The position numbers and the translations under genes are program-made. The notes below the pieces were generated by a model that did no database searches, was not told the origin of the DNA, and saw only the letters and a program-made list of their open reading frames with translations. Below are positions 39,549 to 48,014 of a stretch of 64,000 nt of DNA, piece by piece; within the stretch, counting starts at the first letter, position 1, and the number at the start of each line of letters is the position of its first letter. Source of the DNA: an uncultured Spirochaetota bacterium (GTDB lineage: Bacteria > Spirochaetota > UBA4802 > UBA5550); the NCBI GenBank assembly GCA_963827275.1, contig CAWHAA010000007.1:192001-256000 (forward strand). Direction: 5' to 3'.

Positions 39549-40595
39549 CTACTGCATCACCGGCTGATACGAGCTGTTGATCTGGACGTATTTTCTGTTC
39601 ACCTGGTATATCTTTTTGTTCTGCAGCAGCACTTCGAGCATCATTCCCCGTTTGGCCGCGGTGACGCTTGTATTTGATACAAGGTTGCCGAGGGAATAGG
39701 CGAGGAAGCCCTTCGCGTACACCATGACCGGCTGGATGACGCCGGGGTGGTGGCCTATGACAAGGTGCGCTCCCTGGTCGATGCACTGGTGCGCGAACCG
39801 GTCCTGCTCCGAATTGGGAAGGGTCTCCTTGTCGGCGCCGAAGTGCATGGAAACGATGACTATGTCGGCCGTCTTTTTTGCCGCGATGATGGCCGGATTG
39901 ACGTACTTGGTGTAAAACCAGGCGACGCCGGTCTGTGGCACCATGCCGTTGTCTGCTGATTGCGCGCGGATAATTGTCTCCTCACCGACCAGTGTAAACG
40001 CGAGGAATGCCACTCTTGTTCCTTTGACGTCGAAGATTTTAGCCGTGTATGCTTCCGTGAAGGACCCGCCGCCAATTGGAGCTATCCCCGCCGCTTTCAA
40101 CATCGCAAGGCATCTGTCGAATGCGGGACGGCCGCCGGCAAATGTGTGGTCATTGGCGACTGAGACGGCATCGATACCTGCGTAAGACAGGCCCGCTATA
40201 GGGGCGGCAGCAGTCATAACGCAGGCAAGGTCGGCAAAGACGAAGTCGGCGCCATTCAGATATTCCGCGACGTACTGGTATGCCGTCTGCGTGCTGGTTC
40301 CTATCGCGATGTCGCCTGTAAATACCAATCGCAACGTCTCGGTAACCGGAGGAATGACTGGAGGATCGACCGGGGGATTGACCGGGGGATCGACCGGAGG
40401 ATCGACCGGAGGATTGACCGGAGGATTGACCGGGGGATCGACGACCGGATCAGTGCTGCTGTCAGTGGCAGGACCGGACAACAGGCCGGCGAACATCCCT
40501 GAATTATCTTTTTTTTCTGAGCTATCGCACCCGGTGCTTGTAATCAATAATGCCGCTATAAAGGCAAAAACTGCTGCGAACAATTGTTTTTTCAT
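39549..40595 (-). CDS. CapA/PGA_cap (metallophosphoesterase-fold) lipoprotein with Pro-rich linker
   Basis: Lipobox ITSTGC; FTGDI, VSVANDH, VSMHFG, VIGHHPGV and YSLGNL motifs. Confidence 0.82.
   Translation of the reverse strand: MKKQLFAAVFAFIAALLITSTGCDSSEKKDNSGMFAGLLSGPATDSSTDPVVDPPVNPPVNPPVDPPVDPPVNPPVDPPVIPPVTETLRLVFTGDIAIGTSTQTAYQYVAEYLNGADFVFADLACVMTAAAPIAGLSYAGIDAVSVANDHTFAGGRPAFDRCLAMLKAAGIAPIGGGSFTEAYTAKIFDVKGTRVAFLAFTLVGEETIIRAQSADNGMVPQTGVAWFYTKYVNPAIIAAKKTADIVIVSMHFGADKETLPNSEQDRFAHQCIDQGAHLVIGHHPGVIQPVMVYAKGFLAYSLGNLVSNTSVTAAKRGMMLEVLLQNKKIYQVNRKYVQINSSYQPVMQ
40345..40440 (-). repeat. 8 x 12-bp coding tandem repeat (DPPV/NPPV)
   Basis: ACCGG(A/G)GGAT(C/T)G units on the + strand. 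Confidence 0.9.
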
Positions 40596-41650
40596 CAGAC
40601 TTCTCCTCGTAGAAAACTTGCTTTGTATTTACTTGATACGCGTCTCGTGATTATGCTGTAATACCAGGCCCCGATGAGCCCGCGAACGATGATTATCGAC
40701 GCGGAGTAGACGAGGCTGAACGCGAGTATCTGCGCCGGTGAACCGTAGTCCTTGAAGAGCAGCAGCATCGCCGCCTGCGAGGTACCGAGCCCGAACGCCG
40801 ATATCGGAATGCTGATGACCAGCAGGATGACCGGTACATACGCGATCAGGGCCGTAAACGGTATCTCGATGTTAAAGGCCCGTATCGCAACGTAGAAGAA
40901 AAGAATGAAGGTGGCGTAAAATACGCACCGGTATCCAATATTGATGATATACGTGGGAAACGATGTTTCAATATAAATCTTGAACAGGTCGTTCTGCTTG
41001 ATTTTCCTGATATACCTGAAATCGGGAAGGTATTTGATGAGCAGGACGGACAGGACACAGAACGCAAACAGGCCGGCGCAGATGACCGCGATTTTTTCAA
41101 GCCAGGCGGAGGACGTGTCAGCGGCCAGGAACGTCCCCCCGATGGCCATGAGCGTCAGGGAAACCTGCGTGGTGTAGTTCAAAAGAAACATCAGTCCCAT
41201 GCCGCGGAGGAGCGGGATGCTCTTCAGCTTGTTCAGATAATACGCGATGCTTCCCATGCCGAGCGTATAGTCGATGATCATGAGCAGGTATGATGCGCCG
41301 CGTATTAGCCTGGCGTCCTTGAACGAGATCTCATGATGGGAGCTCTTCAGTATCGCGTACAGGTTCTGCGTGTCGGTAATAAAATTCAGCACGATGAAGA
41401 CGGCCAGGGCCGCGCAGTAGAGCGCGACATCGGCGCGGGAGAGCGCGTCCAGCAGCGAGGTGTACTCGATACGCCAGATCAGGTACGCGAGTATCGCACC
41501 CCCCACCAGCCACGGAAGGGCCCGCTTGATGCCGCTGAACCTGGTGCGGGCAAGCTGCAGGGCGCCGGAAAAGCGCTTTTCAGGGCCGCCGCCGGTCACG
41601 GGCGCGGTAACGGCCGCTTCGTCGGTGTCGAATTTTAATGCCGGGATCAT
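40595..41650 (-). CDS. LPG_synthase_TM / UPF0104 flippase-like membrane protein
   Basis: Multiple TM helices; IPISAFGLGTSQAAM motif. Confidence 0.75.
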   Translation of the reverse strand: MIPALKFDTDEAAVTAPVTGGGPEKRFSGALQLARTRFSGIKRALPWLVGGAILAYLIWRIEYTSLLDALSRADVALYCAALAVFIVLNFITDTQNLYAILKSSHHEISFKDARLIRGASYLLMIIDYTLGMGSIAYYLNKLKSIPLLRGMGLMFLLNYTTQVSLTLMAIGGTFLAADTSSAWLEKIAVICAGLFAFCVLSVLLIKYLPDFRYIRKIKQNDLFKIYIETSFPTYIINIGYRCVFYATFILFFYVAIRAFNIEIPFTALIAYVPVILLVISIPISAFGLGTSQAAMLLLFKDYGSPAQILAFSLVYSASIIIVRGLIGAWYYSIITRRVSSKYKASFLRGEV

Positions 41651-41667
41651 GCGCTGCTGACTCCCGC

Positions 41668-43206
41668 TTATATCCCGAACAGGTCAAGGAGACTGCCCAG
41701 CAGGCTGTCGCCCGATGAACCGGAGACATCCGCCAGCGGAATAACGCTGTCATCGTCGAACCCGCCGCGCGTGTAGCCGATCCAGAGGGGATCCCACGGC
41801 TTGCTGTAGCTCCATGCATAGGCTTCGTTGTCGGCTTCGATATAGTTGCGGTAGGCGTATTGCACGCTGTAATTGGAAAAATTTCGCAGGGTGTCCGGCG
41901 TCAGGTATGACGGGTGCGCGGTCATGTCGTACAGGAGCTCCTCGCACCTTCTGAAAACGTACTCCTCGATGGGGATGGCCCATGCCTGGATTTTCGCGAG
42001 CTCATTCTTGTTCATGGAACGGTCGTCCATGCCGGTGAGGACGTCCCCGGTGTTCGTTTCGTACAGGAGGCCCTCGAATGTTTCGCGCGCGTTCGATGCC
42101 CGCGCGAGAAGGCTCGTGTCGTTAAGGTCATGCCAGTTGCCGTCAAGGTCGAGGCCGTCGGCCCAGGCGAGCGGGCTCACTTCCCCCGCATGGACGAAAT
42201 AGGGGAGGAAGAGGGCGACCGAGGGCTCGCCCAGCGCGCACCAGAAAACGCTCAGGCGCGGATCGCTGCCGGGGACCACCCCGTCCACCAGCATGGAGAG
42301 CCGCGTCGCCGCCCTGCTGATGCAGTAGGTGGTGCTGTAATCGTCCTGGCAGTCGTCCTGGTCGAGCACGTTGCCGGTCCCGTCGACCTGCTGCCCGTAC
42401 ACGTCCTTGTTGATTTCAAGCATGCTGTTGCGGTAATTCAGCCGGTTCGTATTGGCCAGGTCGGTCAGCAGGTACTCCATGCGCTCGCGCCGCTCTTCCC
42501 CGTAATTGAACGGGATATAGGCGTTGGCGTTGGCGCGGGCGAAGAACCCGATGAAATCGTCCCCTTCGCCTTCGTCCACGACGGTGGTGTAGCTCATTAA
42601 GAGGCCACCGTGGAATTCGGTTATCCTGCCGTCGTTTGCGTCGTATTTCCTGAAATCCATCGGCCAGGCGCCGGAGATGACCCATCCGGTAAAGCATTCA
42701 TACAGCGCCGCGCCGCCCTTGGCGTCAATGACGACGAAGTTCCCGCTGATTACTTTCCCTCTGTGGGTATTGTGGAAATTCTTGAGGAGTGATTCCCAGT
42801 CCGCGATCGTGGCGCACTCCTGCAGGGCGTGCCTGATCAGGTCGGTATTGATATTGATCAATTCATGGAGCGGGTTAAAGTCCTCGTACACGGACGTGCA
42901 GGATACCGCGAACCCTGCCGCATTGACCCCGCCGGAGGGGTTCTCCGGGTCGCCATTGTTCAATTCCGCGGCGTCGTCAAAAGCGCTGACCATGATGTAG
43001 TCGCCCGCCTTCGCCGTTACCGCCGGGTAATGCTTGATCTCCTGGTGCCAGTTCGCTGAACAGTCCCTGTTCTTCCAGAGAAAGGGCCTGCCGGTCGTGG
43101 ACGCCTTCGCGGATACCACGACCACGTCACACGGATATACGTGCGTGTAGGTTAAGCCCGCGATGAGCGTCATAATTGCGATCAGATACACTCTTGCCTT
43201 TGTCAT
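41668..43206 (-). CDS. Secreted Ntn-hydrolase (C45/C69-like acyltransferase/amidase)
   Basis: Signal peptide then Cys26: CDVVVVSAKASTTGRPFLWKNRD; GGVNAAGF, LIRHALQEC and NFVVIDAKG motifs. Confidence 0.8.
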   Translation of the reverse strand: MTKARVYLIAIMTLIAGLTYTHVYPCDVVVVSAKASTTGRPFLWKNRDCSANWHQEIKHYPAVTAKAGDYIMVSAFDDAAELNNGDPENPSGGVNAAGFAVSCTSVYEDFNPLHELININTDLIRHALQECATIADWESLLKNFHNTHRGKVISGNFVVIDAKGGAALYECFTGWVISGAWPMDFRKYDANDGRITEFHGGLLMSYTTVVDEGEGDDFIGFFARANANAYIPFNYGEERRERMEYLLTDLANTNRLNYRNSMLEINKDVYGQQVDGTGNVLDQDDCQDDYSTTYCISRAATRLSMLVDGVVPGSDPRLSVFWCALGEPSVALFLPYFVHAGEVSPLAWADGLDLDGNWHDLNDTSLLARASNARETFEGLLYETNTGDVLTGMDDRSMNKNELAKIQAWAIPIEEYVFRRCEELLYDMTAHPSYLTPDTLRNFSNYSVQYAYRNYIEADNEAYAWSYSKPWDPLWIGYTRGGFDDDSVIPLADVSGSSGDSLLGSLLDLFGI

Positions 43207-43261
43207 TATGCTTCTCTCCTCTGTTTAAGATGTGACAGTATTGCAATAGGAAACCGTTGCT

Positions 43262-44581
43262 TCAGACGGCTGATGTCAGGAGCGGTTCCTCGTCTTTGTT
43301 TCTCACCCTTGATTCTATCGCCTTGCGCTTGATGCTTTTTTTCATGTCGATATGATCGACGAATTCGACGGTAATGGTCACCGGTTCGGCGAATATTTCG
43401 TTGAGGCTGTCGATCAGCTCCCGGAACTGGCGCTCGTTGTATTCCTTGCCCCGCACGAGCTCGATGACGACGACACCCTTTTCTTTCTGGATGATCTTGA
43501 ACTCCTCCATGAGGTGCAGGTATTTTTTTATGTACTTTGTAAAGGTGTTCAGTATTTTCAGGGAAGACACGTATTTTCCGCTCGGAAGGATGAATGAATC
43601 ATCCGCCCTGCCTTCGAATGATTCCAGGAGGGGATACCCGAGGCCGCAGGCGCAATCACTATCGCTGTAGCGCCCTATGTCGCCGATCTTGTAGCGGATA
43701 AAGGGCATCGCGTCGCTCCGCGTCGTGGTCAGCACGATCTCGCCGTCTTCTCCCGGCTTGACCGGGTTGCCGTTCCTGTCAAGAAATTCCACCCATACGT
43801 TGTCAATGAACAGGTGGTAATGGCCTTCACTGCATTGCGACGCCACCATCCAGGTCTCTTCCGTGGAATACTCATCGTATACCGGGCAGCCGAATACCTT
43901 CGCGATGAACTCCCGCTGGTGCTTCGTTGAAAGCTCCGAGTTGATGCCGATGAATTTCGGCCGGATCAGCTTCAGGTCCTCCGGGGTCACCTTCTGGGCG
44001 ATCTCAAACACGAGCGACGCATAGCCGAGCAGGAGGTCGGCGCCCGCGTTTCTCAGCATGGCGATCTGCTCTTCAACCGGAATGGTCGAGGGGATGTGCT
44101 CCGTGCGGAGGAAGGGGCCTATATGCGGATAATTGATCTTCGTATATTTGATATATACCATTTTGTGCCATGGCCGGTAGCCGATCATGGTGTACATGCG
44201 TATGCCGGTCGCGACGTAAAACGCGAACGTTGACTTCGTGAATACGAATGGCAGCGACCGCCCCGTTGAACCGGTGGTGGCAGAATAATGGCAGTCCGCC
44301 ACATCATGCTTCCTGGAAACGATGCCGTCAGGGAACTGCTCGCGGACATCATCTTTCGTGATAAAGGGGAGCTTTCGCAGATCGTCGAGTGTTTTTATAT
44401 CATCGATATCGACGCCCCAGTCATCATAGAGTTTTTTATAAAAGGGGACGTTCGTATAGGCGCGTCGTATGCCGCGGACCAGCCTCCGCTCTGTCATCTT
44501 CATCAATCTTTTACGTGACAGGAGATTGTTGCAGTGGACCTTAATGGTTGAAATTATAATCAGTACAAGGAATCTCAACAT
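43262..44581 (-). CDS. PaaK/CapK-like adenylate-forming (acyl-CoA ligase) enzyme
   Basis: AYTNVPFY, LPFITKDDVR, TTGSTG, YSTEE, MPFIRYKIGD and EGRADD motifs. Confidence 0.9.
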   Translation of the reverse strand: MLRFLVLIIISTIKVHCNNLLSRKRLMKMTERRLVRGIRRAYTNVPFYKKLYDDWGVDIDDIKTLDDLRKLPFITKDDVREQFPDGIVSRKHDVADCHYSATTGSTGRSLPFVFTKSTFAFYVATGIRMYTMIGYRPWHKMVYIKYTKINYPHIGPFLRTEHIPSTIPVEEQIAMLRNAGADLLLGYASLVFEIAQKVTPEDLKLIRPKFIGINSELSTKHQREFIAKVFGCPVYDEYSTEETWMVASQCSEGHYHLFIDNVWVEFLDRNGNPVKPGEDGEIVLTTTRSDAMPFIRYKIGDIGRYSDSDCACGLGYPLLESFEGRADDSFILPSGKYVSSLKILNTFTKYIKKYLHLMEEFKIIQKEKGVVVIELVRGKEYNERQFRELIDSLNEIFAEPVTITVEFVDHIDMKKSIKRKAIESRVRNKDEEPLLTSAV

Positions 44582-44937
44582 TTTGTTATTCTCTGTCCTT
44601 TGATGAGATAAAAATCATATTTGCGCAAACCGTCTGGGCGGTATTTATTTTAATCATTTGTTTTAAAGAAGAAATTTTTCTCATATTGAGATTACATTCA
44701 AAATCTGTTATTAAAAACTTCTTCAGTGAGGGTAGAATGATATTCTCTATTTTCTACAATCCCTGTCAATATGTTTACCTGATACTTCTAGTATAATTGT
44801 TTAATATTTAAAAAGGCTTTGTTTGTATATTTTAAACTATTATATACTATATACAGAATTATCAGTTAGCAGTCTGGCAATTGTCTGATGTATCACAAAT
44901 AGGCTTATATTTAGATAGATCTATTATTTTGATCTGC

Positions 44938-44953
44938 CCGATAGTTATCGGTA
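44938..44953 (-). repeat. Solo copy of the 16-bp palindromic core of the 3153-3306 repeat
   Basis: CCGATAGTTATCGGTA is the exact reverse complement of TACCGATAACTATCGG. Confidence 0.8.
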
Positions 44954-45164
44954 GTTATCAAAGGCGATCTCTGTAGATTGTATACAATAGTTGACTTATT
45001 TAAGTAATAATACAAATATTAGTGAGCTGATCTCTCAATTATCAATACTATGCCCTCAATATCCTGAAATCCTGCGGTCATATGCATTTCTAATGCCACA
45101 TTAGTATGCATTCAGAACTACCGGTACCTGGCAACAGGAAAGCGAAACGCCGTCAGGGGTTACA

Positions 45165-45371
45165 TTATTTCCCGCTGATTTTGCTCCATACCCGCGGAAG
45201 GTACGCGCCGATAACTATCAGCAGGAGACCCAGGAGCGTCCATTTTGTAAAAAGCACATCGGCCTGGAAGCGGGTAAGGCCAACATTAAGGATGCTGATG
45301 TACCAGCCGACGACCATCAGGCCGATCCCGATTACATTCGGAATGATTGCGCTTCCTATTTTGTCTAACAT
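45165..45371 (-). CDS. Small two-TM membrane protein
   Basis: GAGGAG RBS; MLDKIGSAIIPNVIGIGLMVVGWY...LLGLLLIVIGAYLP. Confidence 0.65.
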   Translation of the reverse strand: MLDKIGSAIIPNVIGIGLMVVGWYISILNVGLTRFQADVLFTKWTLLGLLLIVIGAYLPRVWSKISGK

Positions 45372-45559
45372 ACGCATCTCCTCTCCAGCATTGATTGTTC
45401 CCCGGCCGTGCCGCATGGGAAAAATTATCCTGATTGTCGAATCCGGTTGACGTATAGTGCATGCGGATAATATTATCAAGAAGAATTTGCGTGCGGCGCA
45501 TAAATTGCGGAATGTATGACGGTGATGCGCCGGAACCTGAAGATGGTGCGGAGAGACCA

Positions 45560-46921
45560 ATGAAAAAAATGGCAGTGCCGTTGATGATTATTGCGATGCT
45601 GTTTCCTGCCGGCTGCGACAGGCGGAGCGGACGCATTGACCTCCTGGTGGGTGATGATTCCCTGAAGCAGTTCTATTCAATTGATGCATCTTCTGTCGCC
45701 ATGTACGCCTCGCCCGCGGACAGGAAATCCGGAAAGGCAGAATGCAGGGTATATGAGGAAGAATATGACGTGTTCATAAAAATGTTCCGCGTCCTGAGCG
45801 ACCGCGAGGTGCGCGAGGCCTACCTGGCCAAGGGGAATGCGCGTTTCCCTGCTGACTTTGCCGGGAAGGTGCGGGCAATGGACGACCGGTCCTTCCGGTT
45901 CGGCGCGGGCGGGATGAAGCCGCTCGAGGGCCTCCGTGTCGCGATTGACCCGGGGCACAGCGCCGGCTCCATGGAGGAGGCGATACGGGAAGGCAAGTTC
46001 ATGTCCCTGCGGGGCCCGGACGGCCGCCTGATCAGGTTCCATGAATCCGCGCTGAATCTCGCCACCGCAAAGGCGCTCAGGGAGATGCTTGAGAATGACG
46101 GGGCGACGGTGATGCTTACCAGGGAGGACAACCGGCAGGCGTTTCCGGTGCCTTTTGACCGGTGGAAGCAGGGTAACTTCCGCCAGGCGGTCATGGAGAA
46201 GATGGGTGAGCGCCTGATATCAAAGGAGGAGGCTGACCGCCTCCTGAAGGGTGCCGGCGGGGAGCGGGCGCGCCTCAAGTTCTTCAACAGCGAGTACGAG
46301 ATGCCCTGGCGGGCCCGGCTCATCAACGCGTTCCGCCCGCACATCACCGTGCTGGCGCATTTTAACGCGTACGATGACGATACCGGGTACCGGAGCAAGT
46401 ACCTCAGGATCAAGAGCATCATGCTGGGCAACCAGGGCCGGTGCGATGAAAAGATGAAAGATATCGAAGAGGTCGTTGCCTCTATCGCCGAGGTCAAGAA
46501 AAACTTCTGCTCCGCGTACGTGCCGGGCTGCTTTCTCCGCGGTGAGCTGGACGCCGTAGAGTCGCGGATCGAGTTCCTCCGCCTGGTCATTTCGCCGGAC
46601 CTGGAAAATTCGGCGATCTATTCGAAATACGTGGTCGATAATTTTCGGGATTACCTCAAGGTGCCCGCGGCGCGGGAAGCATATCACGGAGCGTACCGCG
46701 CAGGCATATGCAAAAAGGGCGTGTACGCGCGGAACTTCAGGATGACGCGGCTGGTGCGCGGCGTCCTCTGCCTGGGCGAGCCGGTTCTGCAGAACAACAT
46801 GGAAGAGGCCCTCCGCCTCAAGGAGATCGCGGAGGGCAGGGTGCCTGAGCGGGTGGTGGCGGCGGCGCGGGCCTACCGCGACGCGGTCCATGCCTACGCG
46901 GAGCGATATATGGCGGAGTGA
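45560..46921 (+). CDS. N-acetylmuramoyl-L-alanine amidase (Amidase_3) lipoprotein
   Basis: Lipobox FPAGC; VAIDPGH, HESALNL, VMLTRED, RARLIN, AHFNA and LGE Zn-site motifs. Confidence 0.85.
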   Translation: MKKMAVPLMIIAMLFPAGCDRRSGRIDLLVGDDSLKQFYSIDASSVAMYASPADRKSGKAECRVYEEEYDVFIKMFRVLSDREVREAYLAKGNARFPADFAGKVRAMDDRSFRFGAGGMKPLEGLRVAIDPGHSAGSMEEAIREGKFMSLRGPDGRLIRFHESALNLATAKALREMLENDGATVMLTREDNRQAFPVPFDRWKQGNFRQAVMEKMGERLISKEEADRLLKGAGGERARLKFFNSEYEMPWRARLINAFRPHITVLAHFNAYDDDTGYRSKYLRIKSIMLGNQGRCDEKMKDIEEVVASIAEVKKNFCSAYVPGCFLRGELDAVESRIEFLRLVISPDLENSAIYSKYVVDNFRDYLKVPAAREAYHGAYRAGICKKGVYARNFRMTRLVRGVLCLGEPVLQNNMEEALRLKEIAEGRVPERVVAAARAYRDAVHAYAERYMAE

Positions 46922-46937
46922 CGCCCGCCGGCGCTCA

Positions 46938-47636
46938 TTATCTTTTCTTTTTTGCCGTGGTTCCCGGCTTTTTCAGTTTTTTCCCGGGGATTTTCTTCAC
47001 CGGCGCCGCCTGCGCCGCAAGCTCGAAGTCCCTCTCTTCAGCTATCTTCCGCGGGGTTTTACCGTCATTGTTCACCAGGTTCGTCTTTGCGCCGGCCCTG
47101 GCGAGGACCTGCGAGGCCCTCCATTTCCCCTTGAGGAGGGCCTTGTGCAGCGGCGTGTTCCCCGTATTGTCCCGCGCGTCGATCTTCGCTCCCTGCTTTA
47201 TCAGGAAGCCGACGATCTGCTCATGCCCTTCCTCCGCCGCCTCGTGGAGCGGGGTCTCTCCATGGTAATCGGCCTGGTGTATGTTCGCCCTGCTGCGGAC
47301 AAGGAGCTGGACCAGCGGCAGGTTGCCTGATTCGACCGCCTCAAGGAGGGCGGTTTCTCCTTCCCGGTCCAGCGCGTTTGGGTTCGCTCCCTGGCGGAGC
47401 GCTTTTTTCGCCGCCTGCAGGTCGCCCCGGTCGCAGGCATCCAGGAGGTCGCGATCGGGATTAAGCTCTATGACCTGCGCGGTCGCCGCGTGTATCTTGA
47501 CAGAATCGATGCCGTTGATGCAGCTCTGTTTCGTGGAGTATCCCTCGCTTGAGGCGAGGATTTCGCCGTTAGGGGCCTTGAGGCGGAAGCGGAAGCCCCC
47601 CTTCTTGTCTTTATATACTTCAAAAAATGCCGGCAT
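46938..47636 (-). CDS. YegP/DUF1508 domain fused to ankyrin repeats and Lys-rich tail
   Basis: FEVYKDKKGGFRFRLKAPNGEILASSEGYSTKQSCINGIDSVK; ankyrin motifs GETAL, GETPLHEAA, GNTPLHKA and GKTP. Confidence 0.88.
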   Translation of the reverse strand: MPAFFEVYKDKKGGFRFRLKAPNGEILASSEGYSTKQSCINGIDSVKIHAATAQVIELNPDRDLLDACDRGDLQAAKKALRQGANPNALDREGETALLEAVESGNLPLVQLLVRSRANIHQADYHGETPLHEAAEEGHEQIVGFLIKQGAKIDARDNTGNTPLHKALLKGKWRASQVLARAGAKTNLVNNDGKTPRKIAEERDFELAAQAAPVKKIPGKKLKKPGTTAKKKR

Positions 47637-48014
47637 ATCACCCTCCTGTGAATAAAAAAAGAATGCAGTATGTAGTAACGTGCCCCGGTCGGCGGTCCTT
47701 GTTGCGGGACCGTTTAAATTGATATATAACCGGCTCGGGAATTAATCAAGCATAAATCATGCATGGCCCGGGCCTGCGTCCCCCCTGCGGGGGCCAGGGG
47801 GGCGGACAGAACGGGAGAGGGCTTCCCTTTCGAAAAACCGGGGGAAGTAAAAAAATTTTACCATGACGCTATTTGTCATGGCTGGCATGATAGTATACTA
47901 TTGCATTTTCAGGTACGGTGAATAAAAAAAGCCGTTTTACCGCTGCAGGTCCGGAAAAACTGATTGAATTTAATTTAACCGTATATACGTTTATAGCCAA
48001 ATGGAGGATCATGG

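Noticed and set aside
40345..40440. CRISPR or non-coding repeat
   Set aside because: In-frame 12-bp coding repeat for a Pro-rich linker.
39549..40595. Poly-gamma-glutamate capsule locus
   Set aside because: No capB/capC ligase genes in the window.
33568..44581. Canonical NRPS cluster
   Set aside because: No PCP/ACP, thioesterase or modular A-T-C architecture.
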